Below are positions 12,810 to 24,748 of a stretch of 64,000 nucleotides of DNA, piece after piece. This DNA is from Ylistrum balloti (lineage: Eukaryota): contig NW_026782032.1 in the NCBI RefSeq assembly GCF_031769215.1, forward strand, positions 310,001 through 374,000. Reading direction: 5' to 3'. Made by a program: the position numbers and the translations under genes. The notes below the pieces were generated by a model. That model did not search any database. It was not told where the DNA came from and saw only the letters and a program-made list of their open reading frames with translations. How positions within the stretch are numbered: the stretch's first letter is position 1; every line of letters starts with the position of its first letter.

Positions 12810-14650
12810 AGATTGTACGACAGTCACTGCTATAGATTGTACGACAGACACTGCTATAGATTGTACGACAGACACTGTTTAGATTGTACGACAGACACTA
12901 CTATAGATTGTACGACAGACACTGTTATAGATTGTACGACAGACACTGCTATAGATTGTACGACAGACACTGCTATATATTGTACGACAGACACTACTAT
13001 AGATTGTACGACAGACACTGCTATATATTGTACGACAGTCACTGGGATGGATTGTATTACAAACACTGGGATAGATTGTACGACAGACACTGCTATAGAT
13101 TGTACGACAGACACTGCTATAGATTGTACGACAGACACTACTATAGATTGTACGACAGACACTGCTATAGATTGTACGACAGACACTACTATAGATTGTA
13201 CGACAGACATTGCTATAGATTGCACGACAGACACTGTTATAGATTGTACGACAGACACTACTATATATTGTACGACAGACACTGCTATAGATTGTACGAC
13301 AGACACTACTATATATTGTACGACAGACACTATAGATTGTACGACAGACACTGCTATAGATTGTACGACAGACACTGCTATAGATTGTACGACAGACACT
13401 ACTATAGATTGTACGACAAATACTACTAAAAATATGTACGACAGTCACTGCTATAGATTGTACGACAGACACTGCTATAGATTGTACGACAGACACTGCT
13501 ATAGATTGTACGACAGACACTGCTATAGATTGTACTACAAACACTGCTATAGATTGTATGACAGACACTGCTATAGATTGTACAACAGTCACTGCTATAG
13601 ATTGTACGACAGTCACTACTATAGATAGTACGACAGACACTGCTATAGATTGTACGACAGACACTGCTATAGATTGTACGACAGACACTACTATAGATTG
13701 TACGACAGACACTGCTATAGATTGTACGACAGACACTGCTATAGATTGTACGACAGACACTACTATAGATTGTACGACAGACACTACTATAGATTGTACG
13801 ACAGACACTACTATAGATTGTACGACAGACACTGCTATAGATTGTACGACAGACACTACTATAGATTGTACGACAGACACTACTATAGATTGTACGACAG
13901 ACACTACTATAGATTGTACGACAAATACTACTATAGATTGTACGACAAATACTACTATTAATATGTACGACAGTCACTGCTATAGATTGTACGACAGTCA
14001 CTACTATAGATTGTACGACAAATACTACTAAAAATATGTACGACAGTCACTGCTATAGATTGTACGACAGACACTGCTATAGATTGTACGACAGACACTG
14101 CTATAGATTGTACGACAGACACTGCTATAGATTGTACGACAGACACTGCTATAGATTGTACGACAGACACTGCTATAGATTGTACGACAGACACTGCTAT
14201 AGATTGTACGACAGACACTGCTATAGATTGTACGACAGACACTGCTATAGATTGTACGACAGACACTGCTATAGATTGTACGACAGACACTGCTATAGAC
14301 TGTACGACACACACTACTATAGATTGTACGACAGACACTGCTATAGATTTGTACGACAGACACTGCTATAGATTGTACGACAGACACTGCTATAGATTGT
14401 ACGACAGACACTGCTATAGATTGTACGACAGACTATAGATTGTACGACAGACATGTGCTGTTATAGATTGTAGACAGACTACTATAGATTGTACGACAGA
14501 CGCTGTTATAGATTGTACGATAGACACTACTATAGATCGTACGACAAATACTACTAAAAATATGTACGACAGTCACTGCTATAGATTGTACGACAGTCAC
14601 TGCTATAGATTGTACGACAGATGTTGCTTTAAATTTGTCCGACAGACACC
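12810..14650. repeat. 24-bp minisatellite, roughly 75 copies
   Basis: Unit gctatagattgtacgacagacact with c/g/t variants; explains the overlapping TTDTAIDC / SVCRTIYS / YDRHCYRL ORFs. Confidence 0.95.
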
Positions 14651-16444
14651 GCTATAAATTTGAACGGAAGTCATTACCATATAATTTTGAGGTAGAAAAT
14701 ACTACAGATTTCTATGAAAGACAACATTATAGCTTGAGACACTGGGACAGATAAAAAACAAAATGGCCGATAAACGGTCAATCAAAAAGAAGGCTGTTGG
14801 GATCAGTTAAATGGCTATCAGAGAGCGAAAAAACAAATATAAAATATTCTTAACATCTAGGAGAAAGTTAATTAAATGTAATAAAGAAACAAATAGACCG
14901 TGACTGCATTGTAACTCGTTGTGAGGTAAGAGAGACAACTCTTTTATTTACTGCTCTGCTGACGCACGCTATGGTTACGTCATAAAAAATACGTCTTTAC
15001 TGTGTTGTCGGAATGTCAGCTTTACTTATTTACTGAAATCAATTTCGTCCTTAACTAAAACAAAATGATAGTCTACAGCCACGGACAAAACTTTTCCCCC
15101 TAGAAAAGATATCGGATTTACTATTTATAGTAGACATTGCCGTATCACACTCGCATGAGGGTTTTTAGATAAAACAAGAAAAAAAATATGATAACACGAT
15201 GTCCATAAATGCAATCTTTTTAATGGAGCTCGGATTATTTCTAAAACCTCAAACGACCGTATCTATGCACGCTTATCAAACAGCGATCGCTTATTAAAGG
15301 GCGATTTTATGGAAAAAAAATATATGATAAATAGACTCTTAAATTCGCTCCAATTCGATTTGTGAAATTCACGACCTCATCATGCTTCGCGTGAGGTCTG
15401 GTAACATGAAATGTACTAAGGCTCGTTTTAAAATCACGCGTGAAATGGACACTTGTGAAAAGTAATGGATATTTAAGAATCGTCATTATTTCCGATGAGA
15501 GTTAAGCTGTCAATATCCTATATCCTAAAAGTAAGTCTGGGCCGTCGGGGTTAACACTCTTAGCGTTTTCTAAGATTAAGGTCAGGGAATGGAGATGGGG
15601 TTGGGGTGAGTGACGTTCTACCTGTAGGTACAGGTAATTTAAATTAGTATATTAGTAGGTTAAGTTTTCATTTAAATTAGAAATCTACAACTTAAAGTTA
15701 TCTGCTCTATCATATTTCTGTTTATTTTCCATCATTATAGATTTTTAAAAAAAATCTAATACTCCCGAATACACTTGCAAATCACTAAAATTTGTTTAAT
15801 TACGGGAAAGTATTAAACGGTAGACATCGTGTCATGTTTTATCAGCTGTCCTGTAGGGAGCTTGTTTTGTTTGTAACTAGGTCCACGTACACGATTTACG
15901 ATTAAGGTCATAATCGAGGTCACCATCAGTATACATATTAGTGTGATATCAAAATGAGTTCATAAATTCTTTATCGTGCCAATCTGTCACGTTGTATCTC
16001 TCAATTTTCAGACTTCAGAGTATTACATAAAACAACTCACATCCTGTATATCACATTACCATAAAAAGGTCAAACGTGCGAGTTTTCAATTTACGTTTTC
16101 ATTTGATCGAGATAAAATCAGGACCATGAATGATATAAGTTACTGACATTTCTTCATGTACTACTCTACCTGGTAATATCATGCATTTTTCTGTGATGTC
16201 ACACATGACAATGGCGGTCTCTGATGTAGTCGGTATACCTTTTAAGCAAATCTGTCGGCCCTTTATAATTTTTTGTTTAACATTTTTTTAATTATAAACC
16301 TAGTTCGTCTTACTTCTAGCAAACGTCTAGGGCGGTCTAGGTTAATCCGTTTGATATTTCAAAAAACAAACTAGACTTAAGATAAACCACATTTTTGGAA
16401 CGGAAAGGCCAACGCGCATGAAGGTAACAGATATGACTCAATCC

Positions 16445-17295
16445 ACTGAGGACTCAGAACACTGGGGAAACAATCAGGGCTCAAAACACTGAGGAAACAG
16501 AATGGGCTCAAAACACTGAGGAAACAGAGAGGGCTGAAAACACTGGGAAACAGAATGGGCTGAAAACACCGGGGAAACAGAGAGGGCTCAAAACACTGAG
16601 GAAACAGAGAGGGCTCAAAACACTGAGGAAACAGAGAGGGCTCAAAACACTGAGGAAACAGAGAGGGCTCAAAACTCTGAGGAAACAGAGAGGGCTGAAA
16701 ACACCGGGGAAACAGAGAGGGCTCAAAACACTGAGGAAACAGAGAGGGCTCAAAACACTGGGGAAACAGAGAGGGCTCAAAACACTGAGGAAACAGACAG
16801 GACTCAAAACACTGGGGAAACAGAGAGGGCTCAAAACACTGAGGAAACAGAGAGGGCTCAAAACACTGAGGAAACAGAGAGGACTCAAAACACTGAGGAA
16901 ACAGAGAGGGCTCAAAACACTGAGGAAACAGAGAGGGCTCAAAACACTGAGGAAACAGAAAGGGCTCAAAACACTGGGGAAACAGAGAGGGCTCAAAACA
17001 CTGAGGAAACAATCAGGGCTCAAAACACTGAGGAAACAATCAGGGCTCAAAACACTGGGGAAACAGAGAGGGCTCAAAACACTGAGGAAACAGAAAGGAC
17101 TCAAAACACTGGGGAAACAGAGAGGGCTCAAAACTCTGAGGAAACAGAGAGGGCTCAAAACACTGAGGAAACAGAAAGGGCTCAAAACACTGGGGAAACA
17201 GAGAGGGCTCAAAACACTGAGGAAACAGAGAGGGCTCAAAACACTGAGGAAACAATCAGGGCTCAAAACACTGGGGAAACAGAGAGGGCTCCATC
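16445..17295. repeat. 27-bp minisatellite, about 31 copies
   Basis: Unit gggctcaaaacactgaggaaacagaga. Confidence 0.95.
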
Positions 17296-17339
17296 CACTG
17301 GGGACCGATGCACCAAGGAGACAGACAGATAGCATGCAA

Positions 17340-18585
17340 TGGGAATAAAAATGGGAATCAATACACTTGGTAAAAAACAGGACTCGATACACTTGGTAAA
17401 AAAACAGGACTATATCACTGGGGAAACAGACTAGGGTAAATACTTCTGAGGTAACAGATGGACTCGATACACATCACGATACTAAGACTCAATACATTTA
17501 TGAAACAAACAGGACTCAGTACACTTGGTAAAAACACAGGACTCAATACACTTGGTAAAAAAACAGGACTTAATACACTGGGGAAACAGACTAGGGTAAA
17601 TACTTCTGAGGTATCAGATGGGACTCGATACACATCAGAAACACTTAGACTCAATACATTTGGGAAACAAACATGACTCACTACATTGGGGTAACAAACA
17701 GACTCAATACACAGGGGTAACAAAAAAGATTTGATACACAGGGGTAACAAACAGACTCAATACACAGGGGTAACAAACAGACTCAATACATAGGGGTAAC
17801 AGACAGACTCAATACACTACAGTAACAATTTACTCAATACAGAGGGGTAACAAACAGGATTCAATACATAGGGGTAACAAACAGACTCAATACACAGGGG
17901 TAACAAACAGACTCAATACACAGGGGTAACAGACATACTCAATACACAGGGGTAACAGACATACTCAATACACAGGGGTAACAGACAGACTCAATACACA
18001 GGGGTAACAGACATACTCAATACACAGGGGTAACAGACAGACTCAATACACTACAGTAACAATTTACTCAATACAGAGGGGTAACAAACAGGATTCAATA
18101 CACAGGGGGAACCAACAGACTCAATACACAAGTATAACAAACAGGATTCAATACACAGGGGAATCCAACAGACTCAATACACAGGTGTAACAAACAGACT
18201 CAGTCACAGGGGTAACCAACAGACTCAATACACAGGTGTAACAAACAGACTCAGTCACAGGGGTAACCAACAGTCAATACACAGGGGTAACATTAGACTC
18301 AATACGCAGTGGTAACAGACTCAACACACAGGGGTAACAAACAGACTTAATACATAGGGGTAACAAACAGACTCAGTCACAGGGGTAACAAACAGACTCA
18401 ATACACAGGGGTAATAAACAGACTCAATACACAGGGGTGATAAACAGAATCAATACACAGGGGTAACAGATAAGATTTAATACACTACAGTAACAGAATT
18501 TACTCAATACAAAGGGGTAACAAACAGGATTCAATACACAGGGGTAACCAACAGACTCAATACACAGGAGTAACAAACAGACGCA
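17340..18585. repeat. Degenerate transition zone followed by 26-bp minisatellite type A
   Basis: Unit gactcaatacacaggggtaacaaaca; starts at 17754 and 17780 give the 26-bp period. 17340-17690 is a diverged relative. Confidence 0.9.
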
Positions 18586-19140
18586 ATACACAGGTAAACA
18601 GACAGGATTCGATACACAGGTAAACAGACAGCATTCGATACACAGGTAAACAGACAGCATTCGATACACAGGTAAACAGACAGGATTCGATACACAGGTA
18701 AACAGACAGCATTCGATACACAGGTAAACAGACAGCATTCGATACACAGGTAAACAGACAGCATTCGATACACAGGTAAACAGACAGGATTCGATACACA
18801 GGTAAACAGACAGGATTCGATACACAGGTAAACAGACAGCATTCGATACACAGGTAAACAGACAGGATTCGATACACAGGTAAACAGACAGCATTCGATA
18901 CACAGGTAAACAGACAGGATTCGATACACAGATAAACAGACAGGACTCGATACACAGGTAAACAGACAGCATTCGATACACAGGTAAACAGACAGGATTT
19001 TGATACACAGGTAAACAGACAGCATTCGATACACAGGTAAACAGACAGGATTTTGATACACAGGTAAACAGACAGGATTCAATACACAGGTAAACAGACA
19101 GGATTCGATACACAGGTAAACAGACAGGATTCAATACACT
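18586..19140. repeat. 26-bp minisatellite type B, about 21 copies
   Basis: Unit gatacacaggtaaacagacag(c/g)attc; starts at 18611 and 18637. Confidence 0.93.
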
Positions 19141-19339
19141 TGGGTAAAGACAGTCTAATACAACAGAAAATATTCAATAGACTCTGGAAACAGACAGAAC
19201 TTAACACACTAAAGAAACAGACATGACTCCCTTTTATACAAATGTCCCTTTTATCCAAGAATAATTCAAACCAAACTTGTACAAAATCCTGACATTCCTC
19301 CAGCAGAAGAAGGATTTTAAAAGATCTGATAAATTTCCT

Positions 19340-21000
19340 CTATTGAGCCCCGCTTCTCAGACCAAATTGGAACAGAAATAGCAATAACAAACTATTATTG
19401 TCACTTGTCGGCCATTTTGTTTTCAGATAAGTCCCAAAATGAGACAATGCACAACCAGGCACAAAAGCGAAGCCTACATACAACATTTGAAAATGATCCA
19501 TCAAGTATTTCTCGAGAAAAAATGATAAAAATAATATAAGGACAGACACACAGACGCCAAACCACAGACTAAAGGTGACAAAAAAGGAGGATATGACAGT
19601 ATGAGACCAGACAGTTGGGGTAGTATTGCATTCTAATGAAGATGTGTACATGCAGAGACACAAGACAGACAAGTTGTATCCTGCTACAATGAGACAAACA
19701 GCAGCTCCCACAGCAACAATTGGGACCTCTGCCTCTTCTTATCTCTCTTCCCTAACCTTTCTGGTAGTGTCACCCTAGCTACACATAGTTAACCCGTTGT
19801 CAGAACATTACCAACATGGTGTCCTCAGCAGAACGTCTTTAGAACAAGCAAATTCAGAGAGATGGCACTTTAAACTAGCCCTGAGTGATTCTCTTATCTA
19901 TGAAGAACACCTTCAAAGGACTTCAGTTTTTTTTTTGTGATAATATAAAACTCTTAAGCAAACAAATCCTGCTAAAATGTCTGTAAATTGGGGCATTAGG
20001 GGTGGGGTAAATTTAACACAAACAGATGCACTCAATCTGATTCATCCAAAAATTAAATATACATTACCCTTTCAAAACAAGCTTCCTGTGTCAAATCATT
20101 TGAGAAGGCATCAAAGCTTACCAACTATTGTCTTGCCTGTTTTGAACGGTTTTCAATACTTTTTTTTTTTTTCATTTCTATGTTTTTTCCCCTCTCAGAT
20201 ATCAAAATTTCAATAAATTTCCCAAGCTTACCAGCCGGAGATCGCCCTTAAGAATACAGGTTACTTTATGACATGTAAACTACGCTCTTACCAGTAATAT
20301 ACTATTCCGTAACAAGGTATTTTTCATTTGGTGATTTAACTGGAGATTAATTACCTGGATCCATGAACTCTAAACTTAATGACGGAGATGTGACAGCCAA
20401 GTCCTTGCCCTACATATGGTGGGGTACCCCCACTAACTTCTTAAGTGGATAAATCTGGACCAATTACTTCCCTTCAGACTTCTTCTTTTACAATAATAAG
20501 CTATCACTTATCACAATTATTGTTCAACATTGATGATCTCTGTGATAATTCACTACAAGTGTAATGATCTTTTCATTAATTTTTTAAAAAAGTTTTGATG
20601 TTGTTGTGACAATTTCTTTTCAAATCCAGACTGATTATCAATGATTTTCAATATTTTTCTATTATAACTTCAACAAAAGTTTTCTTTACGAACAAATCTG
20701 CTGAAATAGGAATCTTGACATTATCTGCAGAGTATTGAATTTATCCAAGGCATTAATAACTGCTGACAGGGTGATTTTAGGTTCAGGAGATAAATATAAT
20801 GTATCAGAAAAACCAGTGGTTTTTTTTAGGAAGGTTAAACTGTTATCAGTTCATGCTTGAAAAACTGGTCAGTACTGCTTGTAATTTGTCTTAAGCTAAA
20901 CCTCCACTGTTGATTCTTGATTGACAGGCAAGTTCTCTTGATCCTGTTTGATCAGTTCTTCTCTTGATTTTTACCCAACATTTGTGTGGTATCCTCGTCT
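19340..21000 (-). pseudogene. Possible decayed membrane-protein gene: hydrophobic ORF 19340-19711 plus a stop/frameshift-ridden coding-like block about 20354-21000
   Basis: 123-codon ORF with several hydrophobic segments. Upstream there is an exon-like block ending at a CAG|GTAATT donor (plus about 20354), with isolated in-frame stops (VKEEV*REVIGPDLST*EVSGGTPPYVGQG). No family recognised. Confidence 0.25.
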
Positions 21001-21229
21001 TGTGTTCCTTCTCCTTATTTCTCTACCCCACCCCTGTGTAGCCCCTCAATCACATGTTTCCACTACTTATTTCTCTGCTCTACCCCTGTGTAGCATCTAA
21101 ATCATGTCTCCTTCTTCCTCTACCCCACCTTGTGTAGCCCCTCAATCATGTGTCACTAGTGAAGCCCCTCAATCATGTGTTTTCACTCACTATTCATCTG
21201 CCCCATCTCTGAGTAGCCTCTTAATCATA

Positions 21230-21975
21230 TTTCCTTATTCCTCTACTCCACCCCGTGTAGTCCCTCAATCATGTGTCTCCACTCCTAATTCCCCTACCCC
21301 ACCCCGTGTAGTCCCTCAATCATGTGTCTCCACTCCTTATTCCCCTACCCCACCACGTGTAGTCCCTCAATCATGTGTCTCCACTCCTTATTCCCCTACC
21401 CCACCCCCGTGTAGTCCCTCAATCATGTGTCTCCACTCCTTATTCCCCTACCCCACCCCGTGTAGTCCCTCAATCATGTGTCTCCACTCCTTATTCCCCT
21501 ACCCCACCCCGTGTAGTCCCTCAATCATGTGTCTCCACTCCTTATCATGTCCCCTACCCCACCCCCGTGTAGTCCCTCAATCATGTGTCTCCACTCCTTA
21601 TTCCCCTACCCCACCCCCTGTAGTCCCTCAATCATGTGTCTCCACTCCTTATTCCCCTACCCCACCCCCGTGTAGCCCCTCAATCATGTGTCTCCACTCC
21701 TTATTCCTCTACCCCACCCCTGAATCATGTGTCTCCACTCCTTATTCCTCTACCCCACCCTCGTGTAGCCCCTCAATCATGTGTCTCCACTCCTTATTCC
21801 TACCCCACCACGTGTAGTCCCTCAATCATGTGTCTCCACTCCTTATTCCTCTACCCCACCCCTGTGTAGCCCCTCAATGTGTCTCCACTCCTTATTCCTC
21901 TACCCCACCCCCGTGTAGCCCCTCAATCATGTGTCTCCACTCCTTATTCCTCTACCCCAACCCTGTGTAGCCCCC
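21230..21975. repeat. 51-bp C-rich minisatellite, about 14 copies
   Basis: Unit gtgtagtccctcaatcatgtgtctccactccttattcccctaccccacccc; G-tract-rich on the minus strand. Confidence 0.93.
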
Positions 21976-24748
21976 TCCCCCTTCCTTATTCATCTCCCTC
22001 ATGTCTGAATAGCCTCTCGATCATGTCTCCATTCCTTATTCCTCCACGTTACACCTGTGTATCCATCATTTACTACAGTCCTAGTATTCCACTATCATTC
22101 CCCTATACAGCCTCGTTCTGTCTCCCTACCTGCATAAAAACTGCAGAGCTCTGATATTTTCAATGAATGATTTGAAAAATGTAAATGATCCTCAATGTGT
22201 TATAGAATATAATTATTCTCATCAATTTACATTTAATAAAGAAAATTAGGAGGTTGGGGGGTTTTGGGGGCTGGAGACTAATCATCGGTAGTGTAGATCA
22301 AAGAGATCTGTTGACAGATGAGTTAGATAGACTATGACGACAAATCCTACTTAATGCATGTGTAAAGAATCTATAGAGAGTTCAATCAAACGGAAAACAC
22401 AGCATAATATATCAGCCACTTAGAACATAAAGTGCCTTTTAAATTATACAACATTTCATAATTTGTTATTTGATATCATCAATGGTCATTAGCATTTAAA
22501 GATATACACTTGGGAACTCTCCTTGACATTAGGGTGTTTAGTGACAGTATTTCGCAATTATGTATTATCTCTAGAGGAGATAGCGTATACACACAGGTAC
22601 CATAGCAGGCGTAGTCACCTGTAAATACATTTGCTGTCTGTCGTAAAAAGGAACTGTTACGTAAACAGACCAAAAACATTGAATGTAAATATTTACAAAA
22701 CGCATAACAACAGACTGTTTACAACCTCAACAAAAACATGATATGCACTAACCTGTCTAACAGAACTAATACATTAAAGATAAAAAAAAAAAAAAACCAA
22801 GCAAAACAAAATCACAAGATTTTCTGATTTTATTGAGATTTAAATCATCATCATTTTTATATACACTATATTTTTGACATCGTTTGATTACTCTGTATAT
22901 GAAAATCTGCTTGAAAAGGCTATTTCTATGGCAAAATAAAACATTTGTTTTGAGTGAATTAAAATCCAAATATTGCAATGAAACACAATCTAATGAATTT
23001 AACTCCACACAAAAGCTGGACAATATCACTTCATCTTTAACAAAGTCTGGTGCCATTTGTAACAAATATGAGTAGATGGGATGCTTAAATGATTGACACA
23101 CTAGTCTGCGTAACACAAAGTAAATTTCCTTTGAAAACATATACACAAATTCCCTTTTTTATAGAGCTCAAAATCAGTGCCTTAAATTTATTTTGTGTAC
23201 AAATTAACCCCAAGGTTACAGGAGTTATGTCCCTTTTTTATAATTCTTCAACCTTTAAATGCAACATATCTTTTAATATCACCAGTATTAACAATATCAA
23301 CAATCTGACCACCAGGGTCACACTCCTTAATTTATATAATTATCATGGTTTAACAATCATGGCACCAAGCAATTTTTTCACATAATTTTCACAAACAGTC
23401 AACAGGTATTATAACAAACAAAGTGATACATACATATGTATATATATACATATATAGGTATGTATTGGTGTCAATACAAACATTCATAGAAGTTTCATTT
23501 CTAATATTTGTACCATGTAGAATCATTAGTACATTATTGTATGTGTGTGTGTTCAGACTGAGTGAAATAAGATTGTGTCTTCATGTGAATTTCTTATTTA
23601 CTTGATATAAAACATCTAGAATCCAGGCTGCATCTGTCCCTGTTTTCAATCCATTCCAAAAAATTTTCTCTATAGAATACATTTCAACATGCAATACTGT
23701 CTATCTCATATTAGTATTGAGATGATAAAAATATTCTGTTTATGGAGAGACAAATCTGTATATTTTTCCCTACCCCGGGTAAAGTTTATAGTGATAAACA
23801 CTACACTTCAGAATTCTCACTAAACATCTCTCAAGTGACATTTATTATCATAAAATGTTGATAAATATTAAATATTCAGCTGGCTTGCACCTGATGTTGA
23901 AAACAATGCTTTAAAACCATTAATAAAAAAAATTGGCCTGTGTATCGCTGATGAATTGGTGGACGTTACTATACATTGTGTGTTATGTATCTGTAATCAT
24001 ACTCATCTTCGGAACCACAACACTAAATATGCCCAACCATGAGAAAGAACTGAAAAAAAAAACTTAAAAAAATAATCTTCCCTGACTACAACTTTACTTC
24101 AGATTTAAAATGAATGTATAAATACTGTTTAAAATAACAAGGAGATCATGATTGCTGTCTCAAAAACTGAAACTATGTAGTACTCTGTACAACAAGTTTG
24201 TGGTGATGTCTCACTGTTGTCTCAAAACTGAAAATGTTTATATCAGTTAGTTTCAATATATATTGTGATATTATTACAGCACTAATGGACAGCAGTCTAG
24301 TTTGCTCTTTTATATAATATCTATAAAAAGACAGGAAAGTCATAATATGTTAACATTTCTTTATGAATTCCATTTTTTGACACCTGAACTTCAAATATCT
24401 GTAGGTAGATTTAGGTGTGATCAGTACAAAAATACAACATCTGTGCATGAACTTTATCGCAACAATATGTTCCACTGATAAAGAACAAACATGCCTATAT
24501 CTCCTTCTGAGAGACATAAACACCAATTCATATCCAAATACTTAGCTGAAATAGTGAAAGACTCTAATCGCACCAAACCTTAACCTGGAGGTTTTGGCAT
24601 CGAAAACAAAGTTCAGGGAGAGTGATCATATGAACTTAACTATTCTTTCATTTAGGTGAGCTAAAAGGTTTTCCGTACCAAGTCTAATATATCGCTTTTG
24701 TAATTAATCTTTTCTTATTCAAAAAAGACTTTCGTAATTAATCTTTTC

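Noticed and set aside
12813-14411. Overlapping repetitive ORFs (TTDTAIDC, SVCRTIYS, YDRHCYRL)
   Set aside because: Open in several frames on both strands, with indels switching frames; typical of a non-coding 24-bp array.
16377-19134. FPQCFEPSL / AQNTEETER / CLPVYR repeat ORFs as mucin- or shell-protein-like CDS
   Set aside because: No start, signal peptide or splice context; a 1-nt deletion near 16546 and continuation into non-triplet 26-bp units argue against coding.
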